Source: Amoeboaphelidium protococcarum X5 (lineage: Eukaryota; Fungi; Aphelidiomycota). Taken from it: a DNA stretch of 64,000 nt. The position numbers and the translations under genes were made by a program. Where the stretch lies: contig JALDTO010000142.1 of assembly GCA_023515725.1 (NCBI GenBank), positions 558,001 to 622,000 of the forward strand, read 5' to 3'. The notes beneath the pieces were generated by a model that saw only the letters and a program-made list of their open reading frames with translations, did not search any database and was not told where the DNA came from. Shown here in pieces: positions 40,997 through 55,424 of the stretch. Position 1 is the stretch's first letter. Every line of letters begins with the position of its first letter.

Positions 40997-41839
40997 ATGG
41001 CTAAAAGTAATACAATTGGTGGATATAAAATTGTAAGTCTGAACTATAAGCGACATAATATGCTGGTCAAGTAGCCGTCTTCTACAGATAATGAGGATGC
41101 TAGTTACACGCTAATCGTCAGATAGATTCCATGTGGTATCCCAATATCTAATCTGTAGTCTACTCTTTAATCAATTTTCGCTCCTTGTGGATAAATTGCT
41201 TCTCTGAATGTTGTTAATTTAAGCGGTCAAGTATTATACTCTAGCGATCCAAATCCTGGTAGCGAATAGTCTATTAGACATACCGCGTCTGATTGCATAG
41301 CTGTATTGCAATTTGACAGTGATCTATCAGGTGATGCTCTAGATTTATGTAACGACTCTGCTGTAGATTGGAATTAGGTATTCATTAAGGATATGAGAAG
41401 CGAATATATCAAGCAATATCGATAGTAGTATATTATGACTAATGATTATATAGAAGAGTATGAGCTGTAATTGACCGAGTGGATGGAGCAATATGATGAG
41501 AGAGAGCGCGTCCGTGAGCAAGAGGAAATGGCAAAGGCAAATCAGCCAGATGAAGATGGTTGGATCAAAGTGACGCGTCATGGTGGTAGTGGTAAGAAGT
41601 CTTTGGATATGGCGACTGATGGTGATAATGCTGATATGGGTGAACTTGTGCAGCGATAGTTAAGGTAGAAGATGAACAAGCGTAAGCTGTAAGAGCCAGA
41701 AGTGCTAAAGAATTTCTACAAGTTCTAGAAAGTGAAAGAGAAGACTGATAAATTACGGGAACTTGCAGCAGGATTCAAAAAATACAATAATAATTACAAC
41801 AAAGGTGGACATGATAACAGAAGGTTTAATCCGCTATGA
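40997..41839 (+). CDS. RRP7: rRNA-processing protein Rrp7
   Basis: PDEDGWIKVTR, KNFYKFQ, C-terminal RRFNPL*. Confidence 0.82.
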
Positions 41840-41908
41840 AGATACTGTCTTGAATATAAGATTTATCATACATACATACACAGAACATTCATTTACAATA
41901 CTATGTGA

Positions 41909-42970
<1,062 letters not shown>

Positions 42971-43116
42971 CGCGCCTACAGCTGTTTGAATTGTTTGAAG
43001 AAGATTTGATGTTTTGAGGCAAATTCCTACTTCCTAATCACGCTTCTAGTTTTTAATAATTGCAAAGTTATAGTGAATTCTCAAAAGAGAAGCTAATTAC
43101 TAAACAGCAGAATTGT

Positions 43117-43693
43117 ATGAACAGTCAGCGATCATCATTGTACCCGTGCAAGTGCATAGTGTGGACACCGCTGCCACCTCTTACCTGGATATTCCCGTTC
43201 ATTGGTCAGTAAGATTGTGATTCCTCATATTGTGATTATTTGATTAAATAGCGTGTGATCACCAGACTTGATGTGTGTGTGTAGTGTTGGCATAGTTGAT
43301 AGTAGCGGTGGTATTCATGACTTTTAAGGACCGTATTATGTGAATTAAGGGCGAGAGAGGATGGCGTTTGGAGATCCGGTGCGATACTTGGAACTACATC
43401 GAGAGGTATCCGACACTGAATGGGACGCTGCTATTCAAGAAGCCGATCAAGTTTATTGCGGGAGAATGCATAATCTGCTCTGTGATAATTGTCATTCCCA
43501 TGTATGTAATGCCCTGAATCGTCTTAATGCGATCGAGCGAAGCACTAGTAATAGGTGGAATATGGTCAAGTTGGCCGCGTTAATCTTCTTCTTTGGTCGT
43601 TACGCCGGATGGCAAGGTGTTATTAAGACTTGGCTCCCTTTCATTGTCATTATATCCATCATTATAATACTAATAAGTAGTCTCTCCGTTTGA
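43117..43693 (+). CDS. TMEM222/RTE1-like (DUF778) protein, one intron
   Basis: CIVWTPLPPLTWIFPFIGH/VGI..IHDF.GPYYV, MAFGDP, HNLLCDNCHSHV. Confidence 0.92.
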
Positions 43694-43804
43694 TGAATTA
43701 TTGCGCGTACTTAGGAAAATGCATATTGAATATAAGTAACATGTCTGATTGAAATAATGCTTTTAATGTATTCTAACATAGCGTATCAATATCATGATCC
43801 ATAA

Positions 43805-46800
43805 TCAGCCAGTTGAATTAGAATTTAAGTTGGACGAATTATTTGCAACAGTAGCATTGATCAGAGAACACAATAACTTCCCGCCTGTATTAGAATTCGA
43901 GTCTTGAACACTGCTACCAACACCACCATCAGTGATAGAGTGTCCACGAAAGAATACACCGCGTGTAGTGCTATCATAATTCAAATATCGAATCTTGATT
44001 TTACCTCCATGCTTCTCATTCTTAAGTAACCATTTCACCTCCTTCTCCATCTGCGGACTCATATAGTTGGTCAGAGTCTTGAATATTCTCAATTTGTTTC
44101 CACCCAGATCACCGCTGTAATACTAACAGATTCTAGGCAGATAGATGATACGCTTCACCAGATCCATCTGAACTTGCTCATTCAAAAAATGCGTGGAAGT
44201 GTGATCCAACTACCTATTCATCAACTCGGCATTATCGCTAAACACCCACACGTTATAAATGGCAGATTTAGATCCATTGTTGAGCACGAAGTTCAGTCTT
44301 AGATCAGGCTTGGTCAGAACGTACTTGGCACGGACGTCTCTCTTGGCAAAGCGCGGCGACATACTTTGAGTGAACATGGCATTATTAACCACATTTGGAC
44401 GAGACATTTTGGCACGTAGTACACAATGTTCAATATCTTGAATGGAAAAGATCATGTTATTAATGTCATAGCACAGGGAACGATAAATGGAGCGCAAACG
44501 CTTAAAGGAGGAAGTCAACTACGCGAAATTATACTCCAGATGCGAGTGTATTACCAGAGTGTGATAAATGTTCACCCAGAATGACAACTGTTGTGAGTGA
44601 GTTTCCAGAGTGGATAAATCAATGATTTGCAGTTGACATGCATCGTCATTGAAATCCTAAATAGCCTTCTATACTTCATGGGTATACACAAACTTTTCAT
44701 CTGTGAACAGTTGATACACTTAAAGCACTCTAGACAACAGCGACACGGCAGCTGAGCATGGATTCTGATTACTAAACTTCAATGACAATTTAGTCTCACT
44801 CTAAACGGCATCACATTATTTACTAAACAAGAAGCGACGATGATTAAGGATCAATTTGCTGTTATTCACACTAGTAATGTCTCGACTAGACTTTTTACGT
44901 GTAAGAGAATTCGATCTGTTCATTGGAAACTTTCCAATATTTCTAGATGCATTTTCTTTGAATTACTAAATAGCCTTCTCAAGACAAGATATCCAATCTT
45001 CCACAACGTCACGGGTTGAGCAGAAATACATCTACTTGCCTTGGCTATACATGATCATAAAGCATTCATACTTTTCTCCGTGGATAGGTACGTTGTCTTT
45101 GAGCGCGACAATCTGTTAAACTTCATCCATACTAACAACACAATGAGCATCTTTAGTATCAGGGTAGTGACAGTGAACAGATAATAGTCCAGATGCTCTA
45201 TCTAGCGTCACCTTAGTTTCCCGAAGACTGGTGCGCCATCGAACTTTGAGAAGAATCGCAACTTTGAGATTAGTCACGGACATGAATTCCTTGGTAGGAG
45301 AAGCACTATGCCCATCAGCAGATGACACTGAACTGCCACTGAATGAAGATCCAAACAACTTCTTTTTAGCAGTCTCTTTGATATTGAGAGAAGGAGGAAA
45401 CAGGGGACCTTTATGCTTTAGGAATTCGATAACAACGCGAGATCCCAACTTGCCAACAGCCTCATCTGTCAATAATCCTTTTAGATACTATTCCAGCACC
45501 TGGCGCCGATAATCAATAGCCATACCGCGGGCAGTAGGGTCAGATTTCTTTTTATTAGGAAGATAAGAAGCGGCCAATTAAACTTTACATTGCGGAATAG
45601 TTCTACCAAAGAACTTTTTCAGTCTTTGAAAATCTGTATACAGTCTCTCCACACTCTTCTTAAGGCCATTCGCAAAAACTACTTCAATAACGAAGAAGTG
45701 AGCATTAGAGCCAGTGAGAGGCTTCTCCACAAATGCAGGTATAGAAACTTGGATATCACGTAGCTTAATGCTGTTAAGGTCACCAAGTTCTGGATCTTCA
45801 ATCAAACTCACCATAGAATTCTTGAAAAAGGTGAACGCAGCATCGTCATCTTCAAAATCCTCTTCAGATTCATATTCCACATCGGACTCCTCCTCACCTT
45901 ACTCGGTAGCATTCTATACTCCTCCTGTCCAATCATTTTCGCTATCAGAGTCGTTCTCATCCATGGCTTCAGTGAGATCTGTAAGAGAACTTTTTCTCAT
46001 TGAAGCACCGCCAGCACCACCACCAACTCCAGCATTAGGCATCAGTTTCAACTATTATTCCGATTGAGGAGACTATACTTTACCATCTCCAAAGGACTAT
46101 GCGCTTTACCTTTTCGCAGATGGAGTTGAGATATTCAGCGATCGCACTGGTTTATCATTGACTTACAAAGCGGGTGTTTAAACTTGACTATGCACCACAG
46201 TGTTAGCGGCATCAGCTTGGGCGGATTAAATATCAAACACGACAACTGCCAACTAGCGCCAAAACTACGAGAAATATAAGCAATGCAGCGCCAGAAGAAT
46301 CAATGTGCCACTTTGTATTAGCAGAGAAATAAATAGAACTGATTTTAAGAAGAATAGGTACGGCAATGTGAGCACCAACAGACAACCAGCACCAAAACTT
46401 TTCAGTTCGACATTATAATCAGTCCAAGGGAACATCATTAGCTTAATCAAAAGCTACTAAGATTCAACATCGGGTTATTGCTATTCTGCGCGATTAGAGA
46501 TATCACCTTCAGATTTAGTAATGACCTCCTATGCATTCTAATCCGCCGTAGATTTACGCACTATTTTAGACTTCCTTTTACTACTAATAAGAGCATCTTT
46601 CTAACTAACACCAGCTTCAACTCTGTACGCAGGCATGTGACGGATGTCCCGTACACCCTTGTCTTTGATCAGCTAATCCCAAGTTCCTCCTGGCGCAATT
46701 GCATCTTTGACGAACTGAATATCCAGCTATCTACCAGCAGCAGTGTGGGCGCCATACGATTTAGCCATCAGACTCTCAGCCATTTTAGCTAAAGGAAATC

Positions 46801-47278
46801 GCGGCAGTTGGAAGTAGGCATACTATTCAAACTTGGTCTTTTAATCTTTGAACGGGACATCAAAATTACCAGCTGATGACAAACTGATAGCTCTGTATTC
46901 ACACTCATCGCCAAACATGGCTTTGCCGCTGTAAGTCTCATTGTAATTAACTATCCTCATAGATCTGGCCTTGAAATCTAAATATGTCGTCTGAGTAAAA
47001 GTCAAACTGTATAGGCCAATAGCTTTCTTGAACCATCCCGGTGCATCAACTTCCAATTCTGCTTTTCTGACTATTACTCTTACTCCAGTGGCTTCATTTA
47101 CAGTATCGCTGATAACTTCAGAATGCATGAGTACAGGTAGAGATGGGTGTTTGGGGAAACGCATCATGTAAGAGGATATCACCTGCTCCCAAGGGTAATC
47201 ATAAACGAACTCCTACAGAGCAGTTTTTGTACATCCCGATATATCTCTAGTATGATACTCTGACTATTTGAGATTCAT
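43805..47278 (-). CDS. Multidomain protein: PRELI/MSF1-like + hydrophobic segment + PX + PH + DUF547 (1157 aa)
   Basis: YDYPWEQVISSYMMRFP (PRELI); FFVIEV..VERLYTDFQRL..RRQVLEQYL (PX); YFCSTRDVVEDWISCL (PH); SFWVNIYHTL..IEHCVLR..DLRLNFVLNNGSKS (DUF547). Confidence 0.75.
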
Positions 47279-47750
47279 ATTAAATGCAAGATCTATATCT
47301 ACAGACTATCAAGCTTGATGACTGCAGACTACTGTATAAAAGACTGATGACTACAGTATGACAGCAAGAATTTTCGTTTCAATCGGGAAAGGAAAAAGAT
47401 TTATGAAAATTCGCATCAGTGTTTGAAACTGAACGGCAGCGATATTTCAATGAATCTGCTGGAGATAAGTCTGGCGCCCCGCCACAAAGAATACATCTAC
47501 TATTGATCTTACACTAGCGTTATATTGATCTTGCCATAGCATTATATTGTAGAGAAAGAAATCTTAACATAACGCCACCACAAATCAAGGACTACAAGCA
47601 ATGTTGCTATGATGTTAGTTTCAGAATTTCCGGTTTCATGCCTGAGGAGATAAATGCTGAAGAATCTGACAACGGCAAACGCGATACTGACGGTAAGCCG
47701 TCTCACACTCTATAATTGCTGAATGTTAATTCAGTCCAAAAAATTAATTG

Positions 47751-48530
47751 TCAACAGCTTTTTGATGGATAACTGTTTGTTAGTAGGATCGCACAACAGA
47801 TGTAACAATAAGTTGATCGCCACCAATAAAATTGCAAGCTGTGCAATAACTCTAAAATTGCGCTGGCTGTGTATTTCATGATAATTACCAATGAGCAATT
47901 AAGACATGAGCCGCCAAACATAATTTAGACCAAGTAGTTGATGAATAACACTTTGTTATTCGGAACGCGATGGGGGTGTAACAAAGTGTTATTCACCTGG
48001 TATTGTCACAATAACGACACAATTACTCCGATTTTGCGATAAAGGTAAATTTAATAATCATAAGCAACCAGGGAATCTTGTATGAAGTCGCCAGACATAG
48101 TTTTGACCAAGTAGTTGATGAATAACACTTTGTTATTCGGAACGCGATGGGGGTGTAACAAAGTGTTATTCACCTGGTATTGTCACAATAACGACACAAT
48201 TACTCCGATTTTGCGATAAAGGTAAATTTAATAATCATAAGCAACCAGGGAATCTTGTATGAAGTCGCCAGACATAGTTTTGACCAAGTAGTTGATGAAT
48301 AACACTTTGTTATTCGGAACGCGATGGGGGTGTAACAAAGTGTTATTCACCTGGTAATGTCACAATTACGACACAATTACTCCGATTTTGCAGTAGATGG
48401 ACATTTTATAATCATGAGCAACAAGCGAATCCAATTTCAAGATGCCAGACATAAATTTGACCATGCAGTACATGAATAACACTTTGTTACTGAGAACGCG
48501 ATGGAGAAGTAACAAAGTGTCAGTCACTCG
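47751..48530. repeat. Tandem array of 177-bp units (near-identical core, degenerate end units), each with a 17-bp inverted repeat around a 20-bp CGCG-containing spacer
   Basis: gacca.g.agt starts at 47928, 48105, 48282, 48459 (exact 177 period); tgaataacactttgtta-ttcggaacgcgatgggggtg-taacaaagtgttattca. Confidence 0.95.
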
Positions 48531-48797
48531 CTTCGATTACAAAATGAGTGATGCGACTCTTCTATACCACTCCTGTGTATGAGAACTGCATATAAAATAT
48601 TAACAAAACTACGAGCTTCCCTCTATTGCTTATTGCTTCCTCTTATACAGTATATTGTGTTATGCACTCGCGTTAAGGTAAGTAATCGTCACTGATTTCC
48701 TTTTCCTTTGGCCTTATCGTCATCGGAGGTTCTTCCTTTCTTTCTTTGATATACTAAACCGATTGAAAATTATATATAACTTAAAGCTATAACAAAT

Positions 48798-49108
48798 ATG
48801 TTATCATCAATCTCTAAGCCTGCAGTGAGATTTTTAAGAAAGAAGCCAGGTAATCATTATCTATGAGCTTAGTATTAATATATCTTTCAACTCCTATGGC
48901 GTATGAGTGTGTAGTGTTTATCGGAACTCTGATCACTGGTGCATTCTTCTTTGAGATGGGGTACACTAAATTCACAGACTCGCTGTGGGACTATATCAAT
49001 AGAGGAGTATGATCTTTTATTCTACAATGTATACTAAAATTGCTGGACTATTATTTATGATTTATGTAGCGTCAATGGAAGGATATTGAACACAAGTATT
49101 AGTAGTGA
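48798..49108 (+). CDS. QCR9: Cytochrome bc1 subunit 9, 2 introns
   Basis: VFIGTLITGAFFFEMGYTKFTDSLWDYINRG/RQWKDIEHKY. Confidence 0.88.
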
Positions 49109-49303
49109 GGTTGACGCGCGGATTGAGCGAATAAATTGATATCTTGAAGTCATCTCCACTTGTCTACTTGGTTATAGATTTGCCGTTATATTACGTTATT
49201 TTTGTCCATAATTTAGTCAATGCCTTCCCATTATAGTGATTAAAATTACACTAAAAAAGTGACAGTGTTTATAATAATCAAACGTTCATAATTATTATTA
49301 CAG

Positions 49304-50275
49304 TCATGTCAACATCTACGCATAAAAATCACCCGGTAATTGCGCACCGCTAGCCATTCCACTATCTCCTTTCAATTTAAACAGAATACCCTGACAAGCC
49401 TACATTTATGTGCACTCACAAACACGTTTAATAAATTGTAACTCAATACTAATTTACCTTTACACGGTCCTAGTCTTGGTCTTTGTATGCAGACTCGTAC
49501 TCATGGATGATGGATTGTTCAAATAGCTCTGCATACTGTTCATACTCTTCACGCGCTCTCTTACCCTGTGGCAACTCACCAACCTCTCTCGTAATCTTGT
49601 CCAATTTCAACAGTAGATCACAGCACTTGACCTTATTCTGGAAATTGTTAGAGTTCTTCAACAGGTCGAGCCGTGATAAATTTCCATCACTCAAATCTGT
49701 AAATAGACTGAGCAGCTCCTTTGCCTCCACTGCTTTACTCTTCAAGTCATCCAACTGCTTCAAGTGATCTCTAGTCTTTATAGATGAAGCACCGACAGTG
49801 ATCATTTTATCTTCCAATTAATGATATTTATCTGATAAATTCTACATTTATAGACTCAATGCAGAGGGGAGAGCAATGATAATTAGCCATTTTTATAAAG
49901 ATAATCAGAATACCTTGTGTTCCTATTGCAGTTCAACCATCTTGTTATTGTGTGAACTCTCCGCTGCCAGAAGTTAATCTTCCAAGTCGTCAAATCTCCG
50001 CGTCACTTGCTTCTTCATCTTTATCAACTCTTCTAACTGGAGATTAAACGCCGTAAGGAGATGAGCGTATTCTGCATTTGGTAGTTGTGTATTCTAATTG
50101 CTGAGAGAGGAGGAAGACAATGACTTGGCTCGTACGCAAATATCCTCAATGTATCGATTCTGATCAAAGTTGTTCTACACTCAAATTGATAAATGTTACA
50201 AAGATATCAGATAGTTAGTATAAACATTTCAAAATCAAGTACCAGAAATTATAATAGCTCAGTTTTCAATGTCAT
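49304..50275 (-). CDS. Short Sec10/EXOC5 N-terminal-like coiled-coil protein, about 3 introns
   Basis: FDQNRYIEDI, YHQLEDKMITVGASSIKTRDHLKQLD..AVEAKELL, YAELFEQSIIHEYESAY; TGA reached soon after. Confidence 0.6.
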
Positions 50276-50965
50276 TATTGATAATAAGATGTTCGGTCAG
50301 ATGGCCTATTATAGTAGTGAAATAGTCAAAGAAAGTTTCAATGTTAAGAAGAATTATGTTCCGACGCGCTTTAATGGACGTTACAGAAACAGAGGCGCGA
50401 CAACTTTGATGAAGTTTGGCATTCTTCTGTTTCATGGGTCATATTGACACTTGACGCTAAACTGAGTAAGTAGAATACTATTATATGAAAACATAGAAGA
50501 AGGGCCACTTGAGTATATTGGGCGGATAAGATGTACTAAATTTGTCACCATACTTTTTGAACCGTATTTCTCTGTCTGTGTTGCCCAATATTGATCATTG
50601 TACAGCCTTTTGCGTAAGTGTAACGATACTACTGGAAGAGATTTTATCACTGCGCGAGTATGTGGTGTGATTTTCTTCAGCGATTTGAATGCAATTGATG
50701 ATACTACAAATTAGTCGCAGGTAAGCAATGCTTTGTTGACATATTCTTGCTAGCAGAATTGTCCAGAAATTAGTGAAATATAATCACCAGACCTCCATGC
50801 GCTATTTTTAGGACTCTTATCAACAAAACATTATAACCCAATCACACAGGTACCGGATGCTAGCATATACAGTTTAGAGTGACCATAAGCTTTCCATCTT
50901 TTTCTGACAATTGATTAACACAGCAATTTTCTGACTATTTACTAATTGTCGTTAACAATATTGAT

Positions 50966-52597
50966 ATGATGCTGTGGTATCTAGCTATAGTTGCTTGCTG
51001 TGTGAGTAGACTCGCGGCTGATAGTGCCAATGTTTCGTTTATACTAACGTTGTATGGCAATTATCTGAATTATGCTGATACAATCACGGATTCTAATGGG
51101 GACTTTTATCACACTTGGTGGTATAGCTCAGTTTAAACCACGGTTTATAACAGCTATCTTGGCGCGTATTAGTATTCTAACAACTACGCTAATGGTTTGT
51201 ATGCCTCATCATTTTTGAAGATGAGTGGTACAACAGGTTAGATATTGTGGACAGTATCAATGACTGGCAATCAAGGCTCTTATTCCTATAGTATGGCACC
51301 TGACAATAACGGCGGCTTTCTGACAGTGGGCGCCCTCTATGCTGGTCCTGCTGCGATGAGCATCCGAAGAAACTCTGTACTCATTCACACTGTCCCGTAG
51401 CACACATCTTATATGTTCTACCATGTCAAATTTGCATCTGACGGCTCTGTGCAGTATGCTTATTACGTTGGACCAAAACCATTCTATGGCGCCGCAGCTT
51501 TTGATGGGTCTAACAATTGCCTGCAGACTGATAATTCAGGTGGTTAGACGATCGCGTACACTTATAAAAGCTTGGCCTTTTCCACGACTGGTAATTTATG
51601 TACACTTAGGAAGGTTGATTCCAGTGGCAATCTGTTGTGGACTGCGCTTATTGGGTATGCCTCGTAATCTTGGTGTGGCTACGTAGGCGCCTCTAAGACC
51701 ACAAACGACGTTTACTTGCATGGAAGCTTCCAAAACGGCACAACCATTCAAAATGGGTATCAGGTTCCTCTGGGTTTGCTTGGAGTGACTGATGGTGCTG
51801 GAAGAACTATCGTTACTCCTCAACAGTGTAATAATGCGTCTGCTTAGTTCATAATGAAATTCAATAGTACCGGTCACTATCAGTGGGCCATTCGTATTGA
51901 TGATGCATCTCCGTCGGTAAGTGGTTTAAAAGTTGGGCCCAACGGAAATATTGTTGTGTCCGGCACTTATACGGCGGGAGCGAAGCCTCTGAGATTCTAT
52001 GGGGTTGACGGCAGTGTAATTGGAACTATATAACCGCGCGGCTCGAGTGGTGGGTTTGTTGCTTCTTTTGCACCAGATGGTTCTTTGGCGTTTGTCGCAT
52101 CTCTTGATGGATCTTTGCTTGACTAGACTTAGTCGGTCGCCGTTGATTCAAATTCTGATATATTCGTCGGGGCGTATACTACATCAGCATAGATGGATAT
52201 AGTCGATGGTTTGTGTAACTAAGTCAGCATTCCTGGCGCATACTCTACTCTTATCAAATTTAACCAGTATGGAAAGTATTTATATGACACTCGTAGTTCT
52301 GGTAATGATTACATTTAGAGAGTCTTGATTGGTAGCGGTGGAGGCCTGATAGTGCAAGGCTATTATGATACTATGCCGCTCACTCTTTACAATAGTAATA
52401 GGACTGGCTCGATAACCCAGACACTTGGTGGTTATTATTTTGCAAAGTATCAAGATATTCGCGTTGCGAATACACATACAAGTGTTCCTCAAGTCTGTTT
52501 TAGGCCAATTACTAGCACAACATCTACTACTACTACTACTACCACGTCCACGACAACAACAACTACCACTACCACTACCACTACTACTACTAGTACC

Positions 52598-52641
<44 letters not shown>

Positions 52642-54211
52642 AACGACAACAACAACTACCACCACCACTACGCCCACTACTACCACGACTACTACCACTA
52701 CAACTACTACTAGTACGCCAACTACAACCACGACAACAAGTACTACGACTACTACGACTACTACTACTACTACTACTACCACGACTACGACTACCACGAC
52801 TACGCCGACCACCACTATCACCACAACGACAACTGCTGTGCCTACTACAATATCAACTGCTACGGTGATGGTTACAAGTTCTACCACTGCAGTTATCACC
52901 ACTACGTCCGTGACTCCATCTACTCCTACTCACTCCTAATCCACCTCCACTTAATCAATGAGTTCTGGCACCTCTGTAGCGTTTGGTTGGTCTTGGCATG
53001 ACGCGAAGTCTACTGCTGTTTCCGTTACTACATCAGTAAATAGCAACAACGATCTATCTGGAACCAGCGCAAACACTGTGAGTAGCAGTTTCATCACTTC
53101 TATGGCAGCAATAGGTGCCGGTATATTTGTGGTTATGTTCTGTGTGCTGGGCCTGATATTCCGTTATAAGATGCATCGTACTCATAAAGTAACGAGCAAG
53201 CTTGCATATTCTGCAAATAACACAAGATCTCAAACTTACACTGGAAGCACAATGATTACTCCAATGGTATCAACTGCTATGCAAGGTACAACTATGCTGC
53301 CATCATCCTACGAAATCTCTATTCCAGGTTTCCTTTAGTTGGTGGAAGGCTTAAACTTTAGGCAAGTTCCTAATTCTTAACTCTTTTAAGGTGGTCAGGG
53401 CTCTATTTGGCTTGTGGAGATGCTGTCCGTTCCGGCTACTCACCCAATAAAGCCTTTTGAGCGTCAGATGTTTGTTGGAAAGTACAGCAATTCCAATGCT
53501 AATTTGCCTGCTTTCCAGTAAGAGGTTGCTTTGATGTGGCGCTTCAGAGAGAGTACTCATATTGCCAAACTTGCTGGCTTTGATATCAACCGGATGGTCA
53601 TAGTTATGTTTCATTATCCTCATGGCTCACTGAATGGCTTGATCACTGGTAAATGCTCTTTAGTGCAGGATTTGCCATGGACGTATGATGTGGTTAAATC
53701 GCTTTCTATTGATATATTCGCTGCCATCAATATTTTGCATTCTGCCGGTGTTGTGCATAATGATATTAAGGCAAGTAATTATCTGATTGATACGTCTTCT
53801 GGTCAACTCAGAGTATGCTTAACAGACTTTGGTATATGTACTGTGTTGGGAAGTTCGATGGCAGTTGCAGGTTTGGACTGGAATGCATTGCAGGGATAGA
53901 CGCTGAGCTATTCTGCTCCTGAGGTTCTGTTGAAAGAGCCTGTGCTGGATATACATAGAGCTAAACGCGATGTCTTTGCCGGTGCGGTCATCATGGCTGA
54001 ATTGCTCAATAGGCAAACTGCGTGGGAAGGATTTCCTAAAGAGTAGATCAGCTATCAAGTTATCAATGGCGGAAGACTGGCTATCGTTGAGTAGATCTAG
54101 GACGTCCGCGTGGAAGGTTTAAAAAGAGTAATCGCGATGGCTTGGGAGCAGAACTATGCGCTGCGTCTTGACTCTTCCAACGTGCTTAATGAATTGATGA
54201 ATTTAAATTGA
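50966..54211 (+). CDS. Receptor-like kinase: signal peptide, beta-propeller ectodomain, Thr-rich mucin stalk, TM helix, TKL-like kinase (1081 aa)
   Basis: Propeller-like repeats KVDSSGNLLWTA, KFNSTGHYQWAIR, SVAVDSNSDIFVG; poly-Thr 52510-52930; TM IGAGIFVVMFCVLGLIF; GGQGSIW, HNDIKASN, DFG, YSAPE. Confidence 0.88.
52510..52850 (+). repeat. Coding ACN trinucleotide repeat (poly-Thr stalk)
   Basis: (act/acc/aca/acg)n run in frame with the kinase ORF. Confidence 0.95.
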
Positions 54212-54360
54212 ATGATGCAATTTCTGAGTAATAATAAATTGAAATTTTTAATAATTAATACATTCAAAAGTTATAAAAAATGATGTAAAATGATGATTTT
54301 CAAATCTTAAGAGTCATGATTACTGTAGTTCAACTGCCAAATAACGTAAAGGTCAAGATC

Positions 54361-55424
54361 TCAGTTATTTTTGGCAAAGTCGATACCCTTCTAGATATTC
54401 TTCTTCAGCTCTGGAATACAAGCATCCAGCAACTTTTACTCATAGGCATTCACCTGACCCACAGGATGAATCTTACCAACACCGCCGACAGCCAGCTCAA
54501 CATTGGATGAAAAGTATGGAACTTCAGGCATAACATTGGATTCAACAAAGGTTGGTTCAACAATACCGCGTTCTCCACCCAGAGCACGCAGCAGAGATGT
54601 AGTAAAATTGGCACCAGCATAAGCCATTGACAGAGTAGCACTTCCGGCACCATCCTTGGCCTTCACAACTTCATCACCACCATACTGGATACGCTTGGTC
54701 AGAGCCTCGACTTCAGACTGGCTGAAAGAGAATCCAGACTGGCTCAACAATGGCACAATAGTAGGACCAGAGTGGCCACCCACTACAGTAATCTTCACCT
54801 TGGTAGGATCAGCCTGTCTCATCTCACCGACAAAGGTATTGGCACGGACCACATCCAGAGTCGTGACACCGAAAACGCGTCTAGGATTGTAAGTACCAAA
54901 CTTCTTGAAAGTCTCAGCGACGATAGGCACGGTAGAGTTGACCGGATTCGAGATGACCAGAGTGAAAGCCTCAGGACAAACCTCAGCAATCTTGGATGCC
55001 AAGTTCTTAACAATGGATGCATTGATGTTGAACAAGTCATCGCGCGTCATACCAGGCTTACGAGGAACTCCCGCTGGAATAACAACCACATCGCAGCCTT
55101 CCAGAGCCTTACTCAACTCCGCGTCTCCCTTGTGTCCGGTAACCTTGGCGCCGGTGTTGATATGGGACAAGTCTGCAGCCACACCAGGAGTATTGACAAT
55201 GTCATACAGCGAGAGGTGCGAAATGTATGGAGACTACTTCAACAGAAGCGACAGAGGCTAACCAATACCACCGCTGGCACCCAGAACGGAAACCTTATAC
55301 TTGCTTGGCTACATTATTATTAACATGGTGTTATATAATATGGTTATAAAATTCAGAGATTTAGCACTCTAAAACTTACGCCGCTCGCAGCTGCCAAAGT
55401 TCTCTTGAATACTAAGCTGTTCAT
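54361..55424 (-). CDS. MDH2: Mitochondrial malate dehydrogenase, one intron
   Basis: VLGASGGIG(TAG=Q)[49 protein letters not shown]. Confidence 0.97.

Noticed and set aside
47928-48530. CRISPR array interpretation of the palindromic repeats
   Set aside because: Intervening sequences are near-identical rather than unique spacers, the period is 177 bp, the context is eukaryotic and there are no cas genes
50450-50900. Protein-like stretches upstream of the receptor kinase
   Set aside because: No single coherent frame or motif
52425-52902. Poly-Leu and poly-Val ORFs in the track
   Set aside because: Alternative-frame and antisense shadows of the poly-Thr stalk
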